Positions 9,577-19,557 of a DNA stretch of 27,871 nucleotides are shown one piece after another; the stretch's first letter is position 1, and every line of letters begins with the position of its first letter. Where the stretch lies: the IMG/VR virus record IMGVR_UViG_3300025167_000050, positions 1-27,871 of that record. One strand, written 5' to 3'. The position numbers and the translations under genes are program-made. Source of the stretch: a virus. Lineage: Duplodnaviria; Caudoviricetes. The notes under the pieces were generated by a model. The model was not told the origin of the DNA. It did no database searches and saw only the letters and a program-made list of their open reading frames with translations.

Positions 9577-10052
9577 TGGCACTTGGCACACAGATAACCG
9601 GCGTACGAGGTCGCATCACGATTCCACTTGCAGCAGGATCGTTCAGCGCCAGCCCCGTATCCGCTACAGGTGAAGTCGCTATTGCCCATGTGACTCGTTG
9701 GACGCTCAGTATCCGCCAGGAAATGCTACCGAACGACACATTCGATACTCTCACAAACTCGCGCAAGATCGTAGGCGGTTTGTACGATGCAACGGGTACT
9801 GCTGAAGGATATCTGGATAGTGCGAACGTCGTGAAGATAGCCGATTTGCAACTTGAGGATGCTTTGCCTACCGCCGGCTTCAACCTCTACACGCGCGTGA
9901 TGACAGCGCCGGAAGCAGCGGCGGATATAGGCTACAAGTTCTCAGGCATCATCAGCAATGTGCGCCTCGACGTTCCCAAAACCGGTCAAGCTACGTTTTC
10001 GTTGGACTTTGAGAGTAGTGGCGAAATTCTGAACGCCGATGCGATTACTTAA
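9576..10052 (+). CDS. tail tube protein, paralog 2
   Basis: Colinear similarity to paralog 1 (TGVRGRI, VTRWTLSI, VGGLYDATGTAEG, SNVRLDVPK, FSLDFESSG); TAATG coupling. Confidence 0.75.
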   Translation: MALGTQITGVRGRITIPLAAGSFSASPVSATGEVAIAHVTRWTLSIRQEMLPNDTFDTLTNSRKIVGGLYDATGTAEGYLDSANVVKIADLQLEDALPTAGFNLYTRVMTAPEAAADIGYKFSGIISNVRLDVPKTGQATFSLDFESSGEILNADAIT

Positions 10053-10058
10053 GGTGCA

Positions 10059-10565
10059 ATGGCTACGACCCTATCCCTTGTTTTGCGCGACACCCTGCGA
10101 GGTTACTACCGCAGCGATACAGACCTCACCAAAGCTGCGGAATTGATCGAAATTGATCTTCCCCCGCAGTTCCAGAAGTTTACAAACGGCACCGGTGTCC
10201 ATCAAGCTAATCGTTTCGTAAGCGATAAGCTCACAGTTGGAATAGGGGGCACCAGTCTTGACGTGCGTGGCACCACGCTGTTGGACATTTTCGGCCAGGC
10301 TTTCAACCTGACGGTCCTGCGTGCCATACGCGTCTGCAATATCGAGGACACGACGGGCACATTAGAGATATCCGGCAATCTCATTACCAGTATCTATTCC
10401 GGCACTGGTGCAGGATTCAAAGACTTTCTAGGCCCTCGCGCCGTATGGCACAAAACATTCCCGGTAGATGGTCTACCGATCACTGCCGGCGTAAATGACA
10501 TTATTACATTTACGGCACAATCTGGAAGCATCCAGATGCAATACGACCTCATAGGAGCACAGTAA
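10059..10565 (+). CDS. hypothetical virion protein
   Basis: 168 aa beta-rich ORF in the tail module, SD AAGGTG. Confidence 0.7.
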   Translation: MATTLSLVLRDTLRGYYRSDTDLTKAAELIEIDLPPQFQKFTNGTGVHQANRFVSDKLTVGIGGTSLDVRGTTLLDIFGQAFNLTVLRAIRVCNIEDTTGTLEISGNLITSIYSGTGAGFKDFLGPRAVWHKTFPVDGLPITAGVNDIITFTAQSGSIQMQYDLIGAQ

Positions 10566-11030
10566 ATGGATTTGAGCATTGACGCACAGAGACCGTTCAG
10601 CTTCGCAATGAATGGGCGCACTTATACCATTGGAGCACTGACCATCGGCGATCGCTTCGATATTGCCAATTCTATACGTGGCGATCGGGTGAGCCAGTTT
10701 CTGGCGACTGTCGAAACGGTACGATTGCCATACGAGGTCGTCAGTGCGACGCTTGCGGCCATCATGTGCAAGGACGTGACGATGGAAGTTATGGTAGGCA
10801 CTCCGGAGGGCGAGTTCTACAGTATCTATTATGCATTGCGCCGCGGTGATTCGAACATTACCAAGGAACAGGTACGGCTCCTTATGCCGATGGCGCGGCG
10901 TATCATTCAGGATGTCCTCATTCATGCCCACCTGCTGGAAAAACGGCTGGAGCAACAGCCGGACCCTACAATCTCTTTGGCTGGGGCGCTGGCGACACCC
11001 GTGCCAGAGATGATTGGAATAAATGCGTAA
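10566..11030 (+). CDS. tail assembly chaperone (lambda gpG-like)
   Basis: Between tube genes and tape measure; NGRTYTIGALT start; has an overlapping -1 frame extension. Confidence 0.75.
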   Translation: MDLSIDAQRPFSFAMNGRTYTIGALTIGDRFDIANSIRGDRVSQFLATVETVRLPYEVVSATLAAIMCKDVTMEVMVGTPEGEFYSIYYALRRGDSNITKEQVRLLMPMARRIIQDVLIHAHLLEKRLEQQPDPTISLAGALATPVPEMIGINA

Positions 11031-11140
11031 GCACGATATGCCATGAATACCACATGTCTCCACGACAAGTATATGAGTTGACGCCCGCGGAATTCGCCAT
11101 GCTCTTGGAGGCCCTGCGTGCCAGCCAAAACCACGATTAG
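10964..11140 (+). CDS. -1 frameshift extension of tail chaperone (gpGT-like)
   Basis: -1 frame reads PYNLFGWGAGDTRARDDWNKCVSTICHEYHMSPRQVYELTPAEFAMLLEALRASQNHD*, with the typical P..V..LT..EF signature. Confidence 0.7.
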   Translation, partial: PYNLFGWGAGDTRARDDWNKCVSTICHEYHMSPRQVYELTPAEFAMLLEALRASQNHD

Positions 11141-12329
11141 CGAAGCGGAGATACTGCTAACCCTGAACGATACAGCGGCGTTCACGGCACTGCGAGATGC
11201 AAAGGGACGGTTCATATCTTCCATGAAAGCATTTCAGGATGTTGCCGATCATACGCCTATACGCTTGACCGCAAGTACGATGGGAACAGCAGTGTCGCAA
11301 GCGGACAATCTGGGACGCTCCTTCGAGGTAACAAGCTTACGATTGCGGACTTTGAATCCTCTTCTAGGGCAATTATCGGGACAACTACCGGATGCTGCAC
11401 AACAAGCATTGAATCTTGTTTCAGCATTGCAGAGTATGGGATATAGTATATTTGGACCATTGGGGGCCATTGCTGGCATAGCATCATTGACCGTAGCACT
11501 CATCAAAAATCGGGACGCTTATTCCGATTGGGTGCTATCGTATGTGGGCTGGTCTCAGAGTTCGCCATTATCGCCCAAAGAAATGGACAAATTAGCACGC
11601 GAACGGGAAACATTCACCCGAGCAGCAGTAAGCATGGCTCGCTTGAAACTAGAATTGGATCGATCACGAAGCAGCGGCGGCATGGATGAGTTTCGTCAAT
11701 TGGCCATTCGTGAAATGCATATCGGTATGCCCGGTGCCATTCCCAACTACGAAGAGCAAGCTGATATCATGGTGGCAATAGAAAATCAACGCCGTGCCAA
11801 AGAGCGTGCTGCGGCAGAAGAGCGACAATATGCACAAGAACGCCAGGACCATGCTCGGCAAGAAATAGAAGATCAACGATCCAGGCAGCAGGAATTTGAA
11901 GACGCAGAAAAGGCCGCTGCCGAATGGGCAAGGGCTTTTAGACAAAACATAGCGGAGAAAGACGCAGCAGCTTTGGCATTGCCTTTGACTTCTTTAGATG
12001 CCATGCGTCGCGTACGGCAAGAGGCGGATCAAATGGAAAAGGAATTGATGTCATCGCGTCTTATCGAAGATGTCATTCCAGAGATATCGCGAATGACTGG
12101 CACAAGCGAAGCACTTCTACGTCGCCGCTTCGGAATTGCGGATGTGGCCGGAGGCGGCGCAGGCGGCAAAGGTAGCCTGCTTGCCGGTCTTTATACGAGC
12201 ATCGGCTCAGCAGGACGACCTGCGTCAGGTAGTGACGACCCGGAACGACAGCAAGTAAAACTATTGCAGCAACAGATTAGGATTCTTGAAAACATGGAAC
12301 GTGAACTACAGAAGGGTGGTCTCCGATAG
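11118..12329 (+). CDS. short tape measure protein
   Basis: GTG start with SD GGAGG; RDAKGRF motif, hydrophobic segment GPLGAIAGIASLTVALI, long coiled coil; follows the chaperone. Confidence 0.7.
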   Translation: MPAKTTISEAEILLTLNDTAAFTALRDAKGRFISSMKAFQDVADHTPIRLTASTMGTAVSQADNLGRSFEVTSLRLRTLNPLLGQLSGQLPDAAQQALNLVSALQSMGYSIFGPLGAIAGIASLTVALIKNRDAYSDWVLSYVGWSQSSPLSPKEMDKLARERETFTRAAVSMARLKLELDRSRSSGGMDEFRQLAIREMHIGMPGAIPNYEEQADIMVAIENQRRAKERAAAEERQYAQERQDHARQEIEDQRSRQQEFEDAEKAAAEWARAFRQNIAEKDAAALALPLTSLDAMRRVRQEADQMEKELMSSRLIEDVIPEISRMTGTSEALLRRRFGIADVAGGGAGGKGSLLAGLYTSIGSAGRPASGSDDPERQQVKLLQQQIRILENMERELQKGGLR

Positions 12330-13219
12330 CACGGGTACAGGAAATACTAGGCAGTCGTTCCGGCAGTTCCATATCGCCAGATGGCATCCGGCTGCCGCGC
12401 GTCTTTGACGTGATCTTGGATCGTCCCACCGACGATCCGGCATTAACGCTGCAGCGCACAGTCGGCGGTGTACCGCTCTTCTCGCGGCATCCCTGGAACT
12501 TCCTTATGATGGCTGATTCCTATGAGGAATTAGCGTCTCCGACTTCAACACACAAGATCGTTCGAGTCGATTATAGATTTGCACCCATCATATCAGAGCG
12601 CACCCTTGGAGTTCATGCAGGCTGGGATATTGAATTCCTTGGATTGGATATTCCGATTCAACTACTGCAAGAAGTACCGCCTGGTACGAGATTCATCGGC
12701 TCACCGACCTTCCGCAAGACGCAAGCAGGAGAATCAAGTCCATTGTATGCTGAAGTGGAAGGGCTCCCTGTATCCCTCATAGAGACCGGCTTCGCTGATG
12801 ACGAAGGTGTGCCAAGCAGCCTAGCGGCAGCGCAGTTGAATCTGCATAAAATCACTAATGGCTTTTTGCTTGGAAACTCACTTTTGTTGGCATCCTACAA
12901 AAATACCGTAAACGACGGATATTTCTATGGCGCTCCACATGGGCATGTGAAATTTACTGATTACGTGATCCGCACCCAATCTGGAACGGCCTTTCACAGT
13001 GGAAGCGGCCTCGGTAATCCCATTACGTCCTTGTCCTGGGATGTAACATTACAGTTCATGTATTCCTTTACCCGTCTGGATATTGAACGACGTTTCGCAC
13101 GCTTCCAGCAGAATGATGGAAGCTTCACACCAGTATACTTCGGCGGCCTACGATATTATTATGATTTCCTTGTGGCCGAAGCACGCAATTTTGCAATTTT
13201 GATGGGACTATTCCCATGA
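12326..13219 (+). CDS. tail tip/distal tail-like protein (apparent ATA start)
   Basis: The frame is open from a TGA at 12302; ATA 12326 gives (M)ARVQEILGSRSG..RVFDV; first canonical start is GTG 12410. Confidence 0.65.
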   Translation: MARVQEILGSRSGSSISPDGIRLPRVFDVILDRPTDDPALTLQRTVGGVPLFSRHPWNFLMMADSYEELASPTSTHKIVRVDYRFAPIISERTLGVHAGWDIEFLGLDIPIQLLQEVPPGTRFIGSPTFRKTQAGESSPLYAEVEGLPVSLIETGFADDEGVPSSLAAAQLNLHKITNGFLLGNSLLLASYKNTVNDGYFYGAPHGHVKFTDYVIRTQSGTAFHSGSGLGNPITSLSWDVTLQFMYSFTRLDIERRFARFQQNDGSFTPVYFGGLRYYYDFLVAEARNFAILMGLFP

Positions 13220-14343
13220 GGTTTCCGCTATTTCAACGAGGCAAGAACTGGCGGGACTTCTCTGCAAGGGAATTGGCGGACGTGATGAACGCCGTCCGTG
13301 CCTTGCACAATATGACAGCCGATCCGCCTTTGCAGATACGCAAGGATTCGAGTGCATTTCACATCGGGTTCAAGCACATTCCAGAAACACGTCAATTGCG
13401 CGGATTTATCATCCGCGAGATCAATAATGATTATCTTCTAGGCGACGGCATGGAGGATACCGTACGCCAACACATCGCGAAACCCTTCCATTTGCGCCTC
13501 AATCCATTCGACGGCCAAACGATTGACGACATCCAATACAATTACATTGACAGCAACGAAAGAACCTTGCGCCATCTGGATGGTAGCGAGCAGACGCAAC
13601 TCCTGTCGCCCGCCTACAAGATTGGAGAACCAATCTTTGCCGCAGCTATTCAAGCCGTGCGGGTGGAAGCAGAAGGCGAAGATTTGCGCCTTGATCTCGT
13701 GGATGCAAATGTCGATGCACGAAGCTGGGATGGTGGAGGTGCGACCAGCGGATTTAAGTACGTCGTCATCCTGCACGAACCACCGGAGAATGCCAACACC
13801 ATCGAAGTGCAAGAGATACGCTACCTGATCAACGATACTCAGCCGGTTCCGTTGACCGGCCTGTATGAGCTTGTCGGTGAGCCGTTCCCGGCGTTTGCTG
13901 AACCTGGTGCTGAACCGGTTGACTATGCTCCGTTCGTCATCGACGCTGCAAGGCCGCCGTCGTTGCAAACTGCTAAGGGGAAAGTGCTGCAATTGCATGG
14001 TGTTGGTGGGTTCCCGATCGTTGCACTGCCTACCATATCTTCCAGCGTTGAATTTGCCGTTGTGCGCAACGCACGCTTCCTAGACGTAGAGATTGAATAC
14101 GTGACCGTTAATGCGACGACTGGCGTGGCCTCACTGACGGGCCGCCGTGAATTCGTGCGGTATTGGCCGAATTCAGCCGCTGGGCAGTACATCAACCACA
14201 CGTTCAACGCCACTAGCGGCTTCAGTCGCACGCAGGTCATGCCGGTTGTTACGGTCAATGGTGAACGGTTCCTCATGCAGTATCTCAACGTGCGTACGGG
14301 TGCGCCCGTGGACCGTACGCGCTTAGTGAATTGCCCGATATGA
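13216..14343 (+). CDS. tail tip-associated hypothetical protein
   Basis: 375 aa, ATGA coupled on both sides. Confidence 0.75.
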   Translation: MRFPLFQRGKNWRDFSARELADVMNAVRALHNMTADPPLQIRKDSSAFHIGFKHIPETRQLRGFIIREINNDYLLGDGMEDTVRQHIAKPFHLRLNPFDGQTIDDIQYNYIDSNERTLRHLDGSEQTQLLSPAYKIGEPIFAAAIQAVRVEAEGEDLRLDLVDANVDARSWDGGGATSGFKYVVILHEPPENANTIEVQEIRYLINDTQPVPLTGLYELVGEPFPAFAEPGAEPVDYAPFVIDAARPPSLQTAKGKVLQLHGVGGFPIVALPTISSSVEFAVVRNARFLDVEIEYVTVNATTGVASLTGRREFVRYWPNSAAGQYINHTFNATSGFSRTQVMPVVTVNGERFLMQYLNVRTGAPVDRTRLVNCPI

Positions 14344-15512
14344 GCATTTGGAAAGAAACATGTGCATGCCTGTTGACTCTAGATGGTCCGCCATTTCGGC
14401 GATTCTGGGTAATTGCTGGCTCCAGTTGGCGCGAGCCTCCTATTTGGGGCAATCCGGGTAATTGTTCCAACTTCTGTGTGTTTATAACTCGGGAAGCCCA
14501 GACTCTAGATTGTTTCTGCAGCACCCCGTTCAGATGCTACAGGGAGAGCGACCTCGGCGTTGCAACCAGCGATTACGTGGGCTGTCAAAGTTCTCCGGGA
14601 GATTCATGCTTTGATGCCGACGAGGATTGCGACCGCCGTACAATGGACCTCCTTGATCGCATACGTGATCATATTCGCAATGAAGGAAGCACGTACGAAT
14701 CATTCCCGGGCCGTGAGGGCACGTGTGTGGATTGCAGTCGCGTCGGTCATGTTAGCTGGGCATGCCTTTTATATCCTCATTGGAAAGGCCCTTCTCGCCA
14801 CACATGCACCGGCGCCAATAGTTGTATGTGTAAATGGTTCAAGCATGAGTTTGGCTCATGGCATGAATCGCGACTTTTCTATTGCCCTGGAGATGTGCCC
14901 TGCTGTCACCCCTTAGCGCGAACTTGTAATGAAGTTCATCCGGATTGTTGTGATGACATCATTTTGCAAGCCGCAAATTGCCAAGTTGGATTAGAGCGGC
15001 AACTATGTGAGGTGCCAAGCCCCAATACGAGCTGTTGTTCCTGCGGCTGGTGTTGCGATGCGCCCAGCTTCGGTTTTTGTGATATCGGATACGGGGAAAT
15101 ACGCGATCCATTTAGTCGGTGCCATGAGCGTTCGGACCGCCCTTGTAGAGTGCAGGCGGTAAACCCCGAATACCGTACGCCATGCGGGCATCTGACTGCG
15201 AGCATGGTAGTTGACGACGACGTGGATTATGCACAGTCTCTCACGGTTAGCGAACGGGAACTGGTATACCTACGTTCTGAACCAGAGCCCCATCGCATTG
15301 CAGGCCATCTCGAAAAGTTTGGGGCGGACAGGCACGTCAGCATACCCGTTTTGTGTTCGCAGCCCGCGATTGAGGACCTGGCACTTTTGGAAGATCGAGA
15401 AATACGGCCCGTGGACGGCTTATTTGCACAGGCCATTGATGACACTGCTGGTGATGTGGATAACATTATCCTTGGCGGCTACCGATGCGGATGTAGGTTG
15501 AAACCATGTTGA
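14340..15512 (+). CDS. cysteine-rich putative virion protein
   Basis: ATG 14340 overlaps the upstream stop; 37 Cys in 390 aa by manual count. Confidence 0.75.
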   Translation: MSIWKETCACLLTLDGPPFRRFWVIAGSSWREPPIWGNPGNCSNFCVFITREAQTLDCFCSTPFRCYRESDLGVATSDYVGCQSSPGDSCFDADEDCDRRTMDLLDRIRDHIRNEGSTYESFPGREGTCVDCSRVGHVSWACLLYPHWKGPSRHTCTGANSCMCKWFKHEFGSWHESRLFYCPGDVPCCHPLARTCNEVHPDCCDDIILQAANCQVGLERQLCEVPSPNTSCCSCGWCCDAPSFGFCDIGYGEIRDPFSRCHERSDRPCRVQAVNPEYRTPCGHLTASMVVDDDVDYAQSLTVSERELVYLRSEPEPHRIAGHLEKFGADRHVSIPVLCSQPAIEDLALLEDREIRPVDGLFAQAIDDTAGDVDNIILGGYRCGCRLKPC

Positions 15513-16057
15513 CAGAAGAGGACAGAATAGTTGTGGCAGATGCGCCGGACAATGGACGACAAGTCGGCGAGGAATCAAAACGCAAACGGGAACCGCGTTT
15601 TATGTTCAAGCCTGCCTGGGATGAGCGTATCTTCGGCCTGTGGGCGGGCTTCTGGGTCTGGCTGCTCATCGGAAGCTTTGAAAACCGTAAGGCCGTCCGT
15701 CGCATGCGCATTCTACGATGGCTGGGCATTGGTACTTACGGTCTCATTCGTTCGTTCCTTACCGCTTTTTTCAGCCGAAGAATCAACGACGCCGCGTGGC
15801 AGAAGCGCATGGAAAAGTGCCTTTCGTGCGAGCGGCTGATTGTGGAAGTGCGGAAACGCGATGCCAGCAAACGGCTATTCTGCGCTCAATGCGGCTGCCC
15901 GAACTGGTTCATGTCGGCATTGACACGCAAGAACAGATACAAGAAATGGTATTGCCCGATGCGCAAGCATGAAGGACAATACCCGGAGCAAGTGCTTGAA
16001 CGAGCGAGAGAGGGATGGATAATAGTCAGCACCGAGAAGTATAGAGATGGCTACTGA
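15506..16057 (+). CDS. Cys-cluster metal-binding protein (DUF6171-like) with hydrophobic N-terminal segments
   Basis: R..KCLSC..FCAQCGC..K..YCP pattern; IFGLWAGFWVWLLIG hydrophobic stretch. Confidence 0.65.
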   Translation: MLTEEDRIVVADAPDNGRQVGEESKRKREPRFMFKPAWDERIFGLWAGFWVWLLIGSFENRKAVRRMRILRWLGIGTYGLIRSFLTAFFSRRINDAAWQKRMEKCLSCERLIVEVRKRDASKRLFCAQCGCPNWFMSALTRKNRYKKWYCPMRKHEGQYPEQVLERAREGWIIVSTEKYRDGY

Positions 16058-16913
16058 ACATACGTGGATAAGTACGACAGGTGACTGGGGCAGCATTGCA
16101 TCATGGTCTAGCGGTCAAGTGCCGGGTGCCGGTGGTATCGGCACGGATACGGCCATATTCTCCGGTGCTGCCAGCAATCAGAGTGCTATCACCAATCTGG
16201 ATCGGGTTGCTGCATTCGACAATATTCTCAAGCGCATCGTTATCAGAAGCGATTACATAGGCAACATCGGCAGTTCGGGCAATTACCTGAAACACGCGCT
16301 CAATTCCTCGACAGATCCCAAGTCGCGCCTTATTCATCGTGGTAGCGGAAGTGTCTATTTCAATCACAATGCAGGCGATATTGGTGATGTTGTTCTTGAT
16401 TCGCTTAATGTCGCATCAGCCCTTTTCCTTGATGGCGTCATCAGGCATCTATATATCAAACGCGGCTTCTGCCGCGTTGTGGCCGGCTTACAATGGGTCG
16501 CGTCCAACTTTATCGTCGTGCATAACGGTCATCTGGTTGTTGACGCTAGTGCCTTTGGGAACTGGAGTACTTTCATTCAAACCGGCGGTTATGTCGAATG
16601 CTTGCGCGATTCACTGGGTGGCACAGCTATATTATCAGGTGGCTTTACCAAGATGACGGGACGATTGCTAGATGGGCAAAGCTTACACGTGCAGCCAGGC
16701 GGCATCCTGCAATATGCTCCAACGGCAGCACTCGGCTCCGCACACAATCCGTTCATCGTATGTCATGGCCTTTTGGACTTGTCGAAGTCATTGCAGCAGT
16801 TACAGCCGAGTTCCTTAATCATCGGAGAGACGGGGGCCGTCATCGGGAGCTTGATCGATCCCGTTGTTACGCCACTTGCTGCACATATCGATCTTCGAGA
16901 GGAGTATCCATAA
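16047..16913 (+). CDS. beta-strand-repeat (beta-helix-like) virion protein 1
   Basis: TWISTTGDWGSIASWSSGQVP..DTAIF cap motif followed by Gly-turn beta repeats. Confidence 0.7.
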   Translation: MATEHTWISTTGDWGSIASWSSGQVPGAGGIGTDTAIFSGAASNQSAITNLDRVAAFDNILKRIVIRSDYIGNIGSSGNYLKHALNSSTDPKSRLIHRGSGSVYFNHNAGDIGDVVLDSLNVASALFLDGVIRHLYIKRGFCRVVAGLQWVASNFIVVHNGHLVVDASAFGNWSTFIQTGGYVECLRDSLGGTAILSGGFTKMTGRLLDGQSLHVQPGGILQYAPTAALGSAHNPFIVCHGLLDLSKSLQQLQPSSLIIGETGAVIGSLIDPVVTPLAAHIDLREEYP

Positions 16914-16952
16914 TGAAAGCTTTGTTGAAGTACTGCACAAGGAGAACGTGAT

Positions 16953-17801
16953 ATGGCCGACAAAATTCTTTCAGGACAAGACTGGAGCGTTGCAGGTAAC
17001 TGGTCGCCCAGCGGCGTGCCGGTTGACAATGACAAAGCCGTCATTTCGCACACACTGCAATCGGACGTCAACGCCGGACTCGATCAGAGCGGCATTGACT
17101 TGGACTTGCTTGAACTACCAGCGGCCTATTCGCGGTCGCTGGGCAGTACGGGCAATACTCTGCGCCTTGCTGCGGACATCATCAAGCACTTCGGCAGCGG
17201 ACCGATGTATTTCGAGGCTTCCGCCGGAGGCGTTGCGGACATCACCGATGAAATTCTCTTGCAATGCGCCAATCCCGGGGTGGTTGTAGAAGTGGGAAGT
17301 GAATCGGGCGACGCCGGGAACGTGTCAGTCATTGTAGCCAACCGCGTTTCGTTGCTGATCAAGGCTAACATTCTTTTCGAGAACACGCTCGGTCAATTGA
17401 TCGTTGGTTACGTAAACAATCCATCCAGTGATGTGCGAATCAAGATCACCTCCGGCGCTGATACCTTGCCGGTGCTTGATCAAGGCGGCGGCCTGGTCGA
17501 ATCCGAAGGTGCTATTACGGCGGCTCGCGTGGCGAACGGGACGCTCATCCAAGACGTGCAGCCTATAACGACGCTGGACATATTCGAGGGTGGCAACGTC
17601 ATCTACAATCACTCGGTCTTGACCACCGTACGTATTCATCCGGGTGGCGTCTTGGACTTGATGCAGAACGCGAAATACAAAACGATCACAACGGCCATTG
17701 TCTATCGCGGCGGAACATTGAAGTATGATAGTCGTGCGAGCAGCTTGCACACCATTACCACGCTGACGGATTACAACCGGCTTACGCAAGAGGGCAATTG
17801 A
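16953..17801 (+). CDS. beta-strand-repeat (beta-helix-like) virion protein 2
   Basis: QDWSVAGNWSPSGVP..DKAVI cap motif; paralogous layout to the upstream gene; SD AAGGAG. Confidence 0.7.
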   Translation: MADKILSGQDWSVAGNWSPSGVPVDNDKAVISHTLQSDVNAGLDQSGIDLDLLELPAAYSRSLGSTGNTLRLAADIIKHFGSGPMYFEASAGGVADITDEILLQCANPGVVVEVGSESGDAGNVSVIVANRVSLLIKANILFENTLGQLIVGYVNNPSSDVRIKITSGADTLPVLDQGGGLVESEGAITAARVANGTLIQDVQPITTLDIFEGGNVIYNHSVLTTVRIHPGGVLDLMQNAKYKTITTAIVYRGGTLKYDSRASSLHTITTLTDYNRLTQEGN

Positions 17802-18223
17802 TGGCGATCAGCCCCCGAGCGCTTCATGTATTCCGTGACAATGGCGACGGCAATATGGGGGACGTGTCGAATCGCACGAGCAAGGCACGTTTCACGCTGG
17901 ATGTTGAAAAGTTCGCGCTCGCCTTCGTCCGTTGCCGTTTCGTAAATGGTACGGGCACAGCTTCTATGAAACTGCGTTTGGATCATCCGTTGGAACTCAC
18001 CTTCCAGGCCGGCAGCGAGAGCTTGTACGATTTCACGTTGTGGCAATGGGACACGATGGGCACGACCGGCACCGCAACGCTGAATGACAGAACGCCGGAA
18101 GATGAATTGCATCATTGGACGTTTGAACGGGGAAACGTGCTGGTCATCGAATGGACGAACCCACAAGCCGGCACCATGCGCTGGGCACTGGAAGTCGGCC
18201 TTCTCGATCGTAGCGGTGAGTAA
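17801..18223 (+). CDS. hypothetical virion protein
   Basis: 140 aa beta-rich ORF, TGATG coupled. Confidence 0.7.
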   Translation: MAISPRALHVFRDNGDGNMGDVSNRTSKARFTLDVEKFALAFVRCRFVNGTGTASMKLRLDHPLELTFQAGSESLYDFTLWQWDTMGTTGTATLNDRTPEDELHHWTFERGNVLVIEWTNPQAGTMRWALEVGLLDRSGE

Positions 18224-18225
18224 CG

Positions 18226-19530
18226 ATGCCACCACGTACCGATTACGTTAAACACGACAAGGTATCGGAAGCCCAAGACCAGTCCTACCATCCCAAGACG
18301 GCAGGTGATTGGACAACGCAACCGGCGACAGTTGCCGATGCTCTGGATATTTTGAAAGCCGGTGGCGGCGGTGGAGGCATAAGTCGTGCTTATTCGGACG
18401 TCACAGATGGCACGACGACGGCTCAGTCCGTAGGCACGGACACGCTCAAGATCAGAACATCAGACGCCGCCCTGCTGGCCGTGGCCGTCGCCAACGACGA
18501 TCCCACGCACGGCGACAATGTTCTTCTAACACCCAGTGCCCAACTTACGCGAGCTGTTTCGGCGTTCGGCGGTGCGGATCGCGTTCTGGTGGCTGGTGGC
18601 GCGGACCGCACCATCGTCGATCGGGCGGTGACCATCGACGGCAGCGCCGACGTGCGGGCGATCAACTCGTTGCGACTCAACACGGCCTCCGGTACCCGAT
18701 CCATCTTCGACAGTGCCAATAACGAGATTCTCGACCTGACGACGGTGGGCTCAGCCGTGAATGAATGCGTCATTGAAAATGCCATAACCAATCTCCCACC
18801 AACACTGAGGGTGGCCGGCAGTGATTCTAGTATCAATCTACAATTCTTGGTCAAAGGCTTGGGATGGATCGATTGCAACATACCCACCGTTCTTCATTTG
18901 CCTCGCGGTATTACTGGCAACCGTCCGGTTTCATCCGACAACGGAATGATCCGGTACAACACGTCTACCAACAAATTCGAAGGCTATCAGGCCGGCGCTT
19001 GGGTTGATCTGGCAGCGGGCACGATTGATCACGGCTCTCTGGGCGGGTTGGGCGACGATGACCATATTCAGTATCCCCTGCTCGCCGGCCGATCCACCGG
19101 CCAGACGATCATCGGCGGAACGGCATCCGGTGATGATCTCAAGCTCCAGAGCACCTCGCACGCCACCAAGGGCGACGTGGAAGTCATTGATGCCTTCAAA
19201 ATCGACAAACAGGCGTACTACGATGAGGAAGTCGCCAACACGTCCTCCGGCGGGGCCGTCACCATCAATTGGACAAACGGCAATAAGCAGAAGCTAACGC
19301 TGTCCGAGAATATCACCTCGATTACCTTCACCGCGCCATCCGGCCCGTGCAACCTGGTGCTGCGCATCATTCAGGATAGCACCGTTCGCACCGTAACCGG
19401 CTGGCCTGCGGCTGCGAAGTGGCCTAGTAACGCAATCCCGGTCATTACTGCCGTTGCGTCGAAAGTGGATGTGCTGACGTTTTATTTCGACGGCACCAGC
19501 TATTACGGTGCCTACCTGCAGAACTACTAA
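18226..19530 (+). CDS. tail fibre protein
   Basis: Gly/Thr/Ser-rich; fibre modules TVADALD, GMIRYNTSTNKFEGY..W, DHGSLGGLGDDDHIQY; C-terminal domain TINWTNGN..IIQD..KWP..VDVLTFYFDGTSYYG. Confidence 0.8.
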   Translation: MPPRTDYVKHDKVSEAQDQSYHPKTAGDWTTQPATVADALDILKAGGGGGGISRAYSDVTDGTTTAQSVGTDTLKIRTSDAALLAVAVANDDPTHGDNVLLTPSAQLTRAVSAFGGADRVLVAGGADRTIVDRAVTIDGSADVRAINSLRLNTASGTRSIFDSANNEILDLTTVGSAVNECVIENAITNLPPTLRVAGSDSSINLQFLVKGLGWIDCNIPTVLHLPRGITGNRPVSSDNGMIRYNTSTNKFEGYQAGAWVDLAAGTIDHGSLGGLGDDDHIQYPLLAGRSTGQTIIGGTASGDDLKLQSTSHATKGDVEVIDAFKIDKQAYYDEEVANTSSGGAVTINWTNGNKQKLTLSENITSITFTAPSGPCNLVLRIIQDSTVRTVTGWPAAAKWPSNAIPVITAVASKVDVLTFYFDGTSYYGAYLQNY

Positions 19531-19557
19531 AAACGTACTAACTCCGGGAGCATTAGT

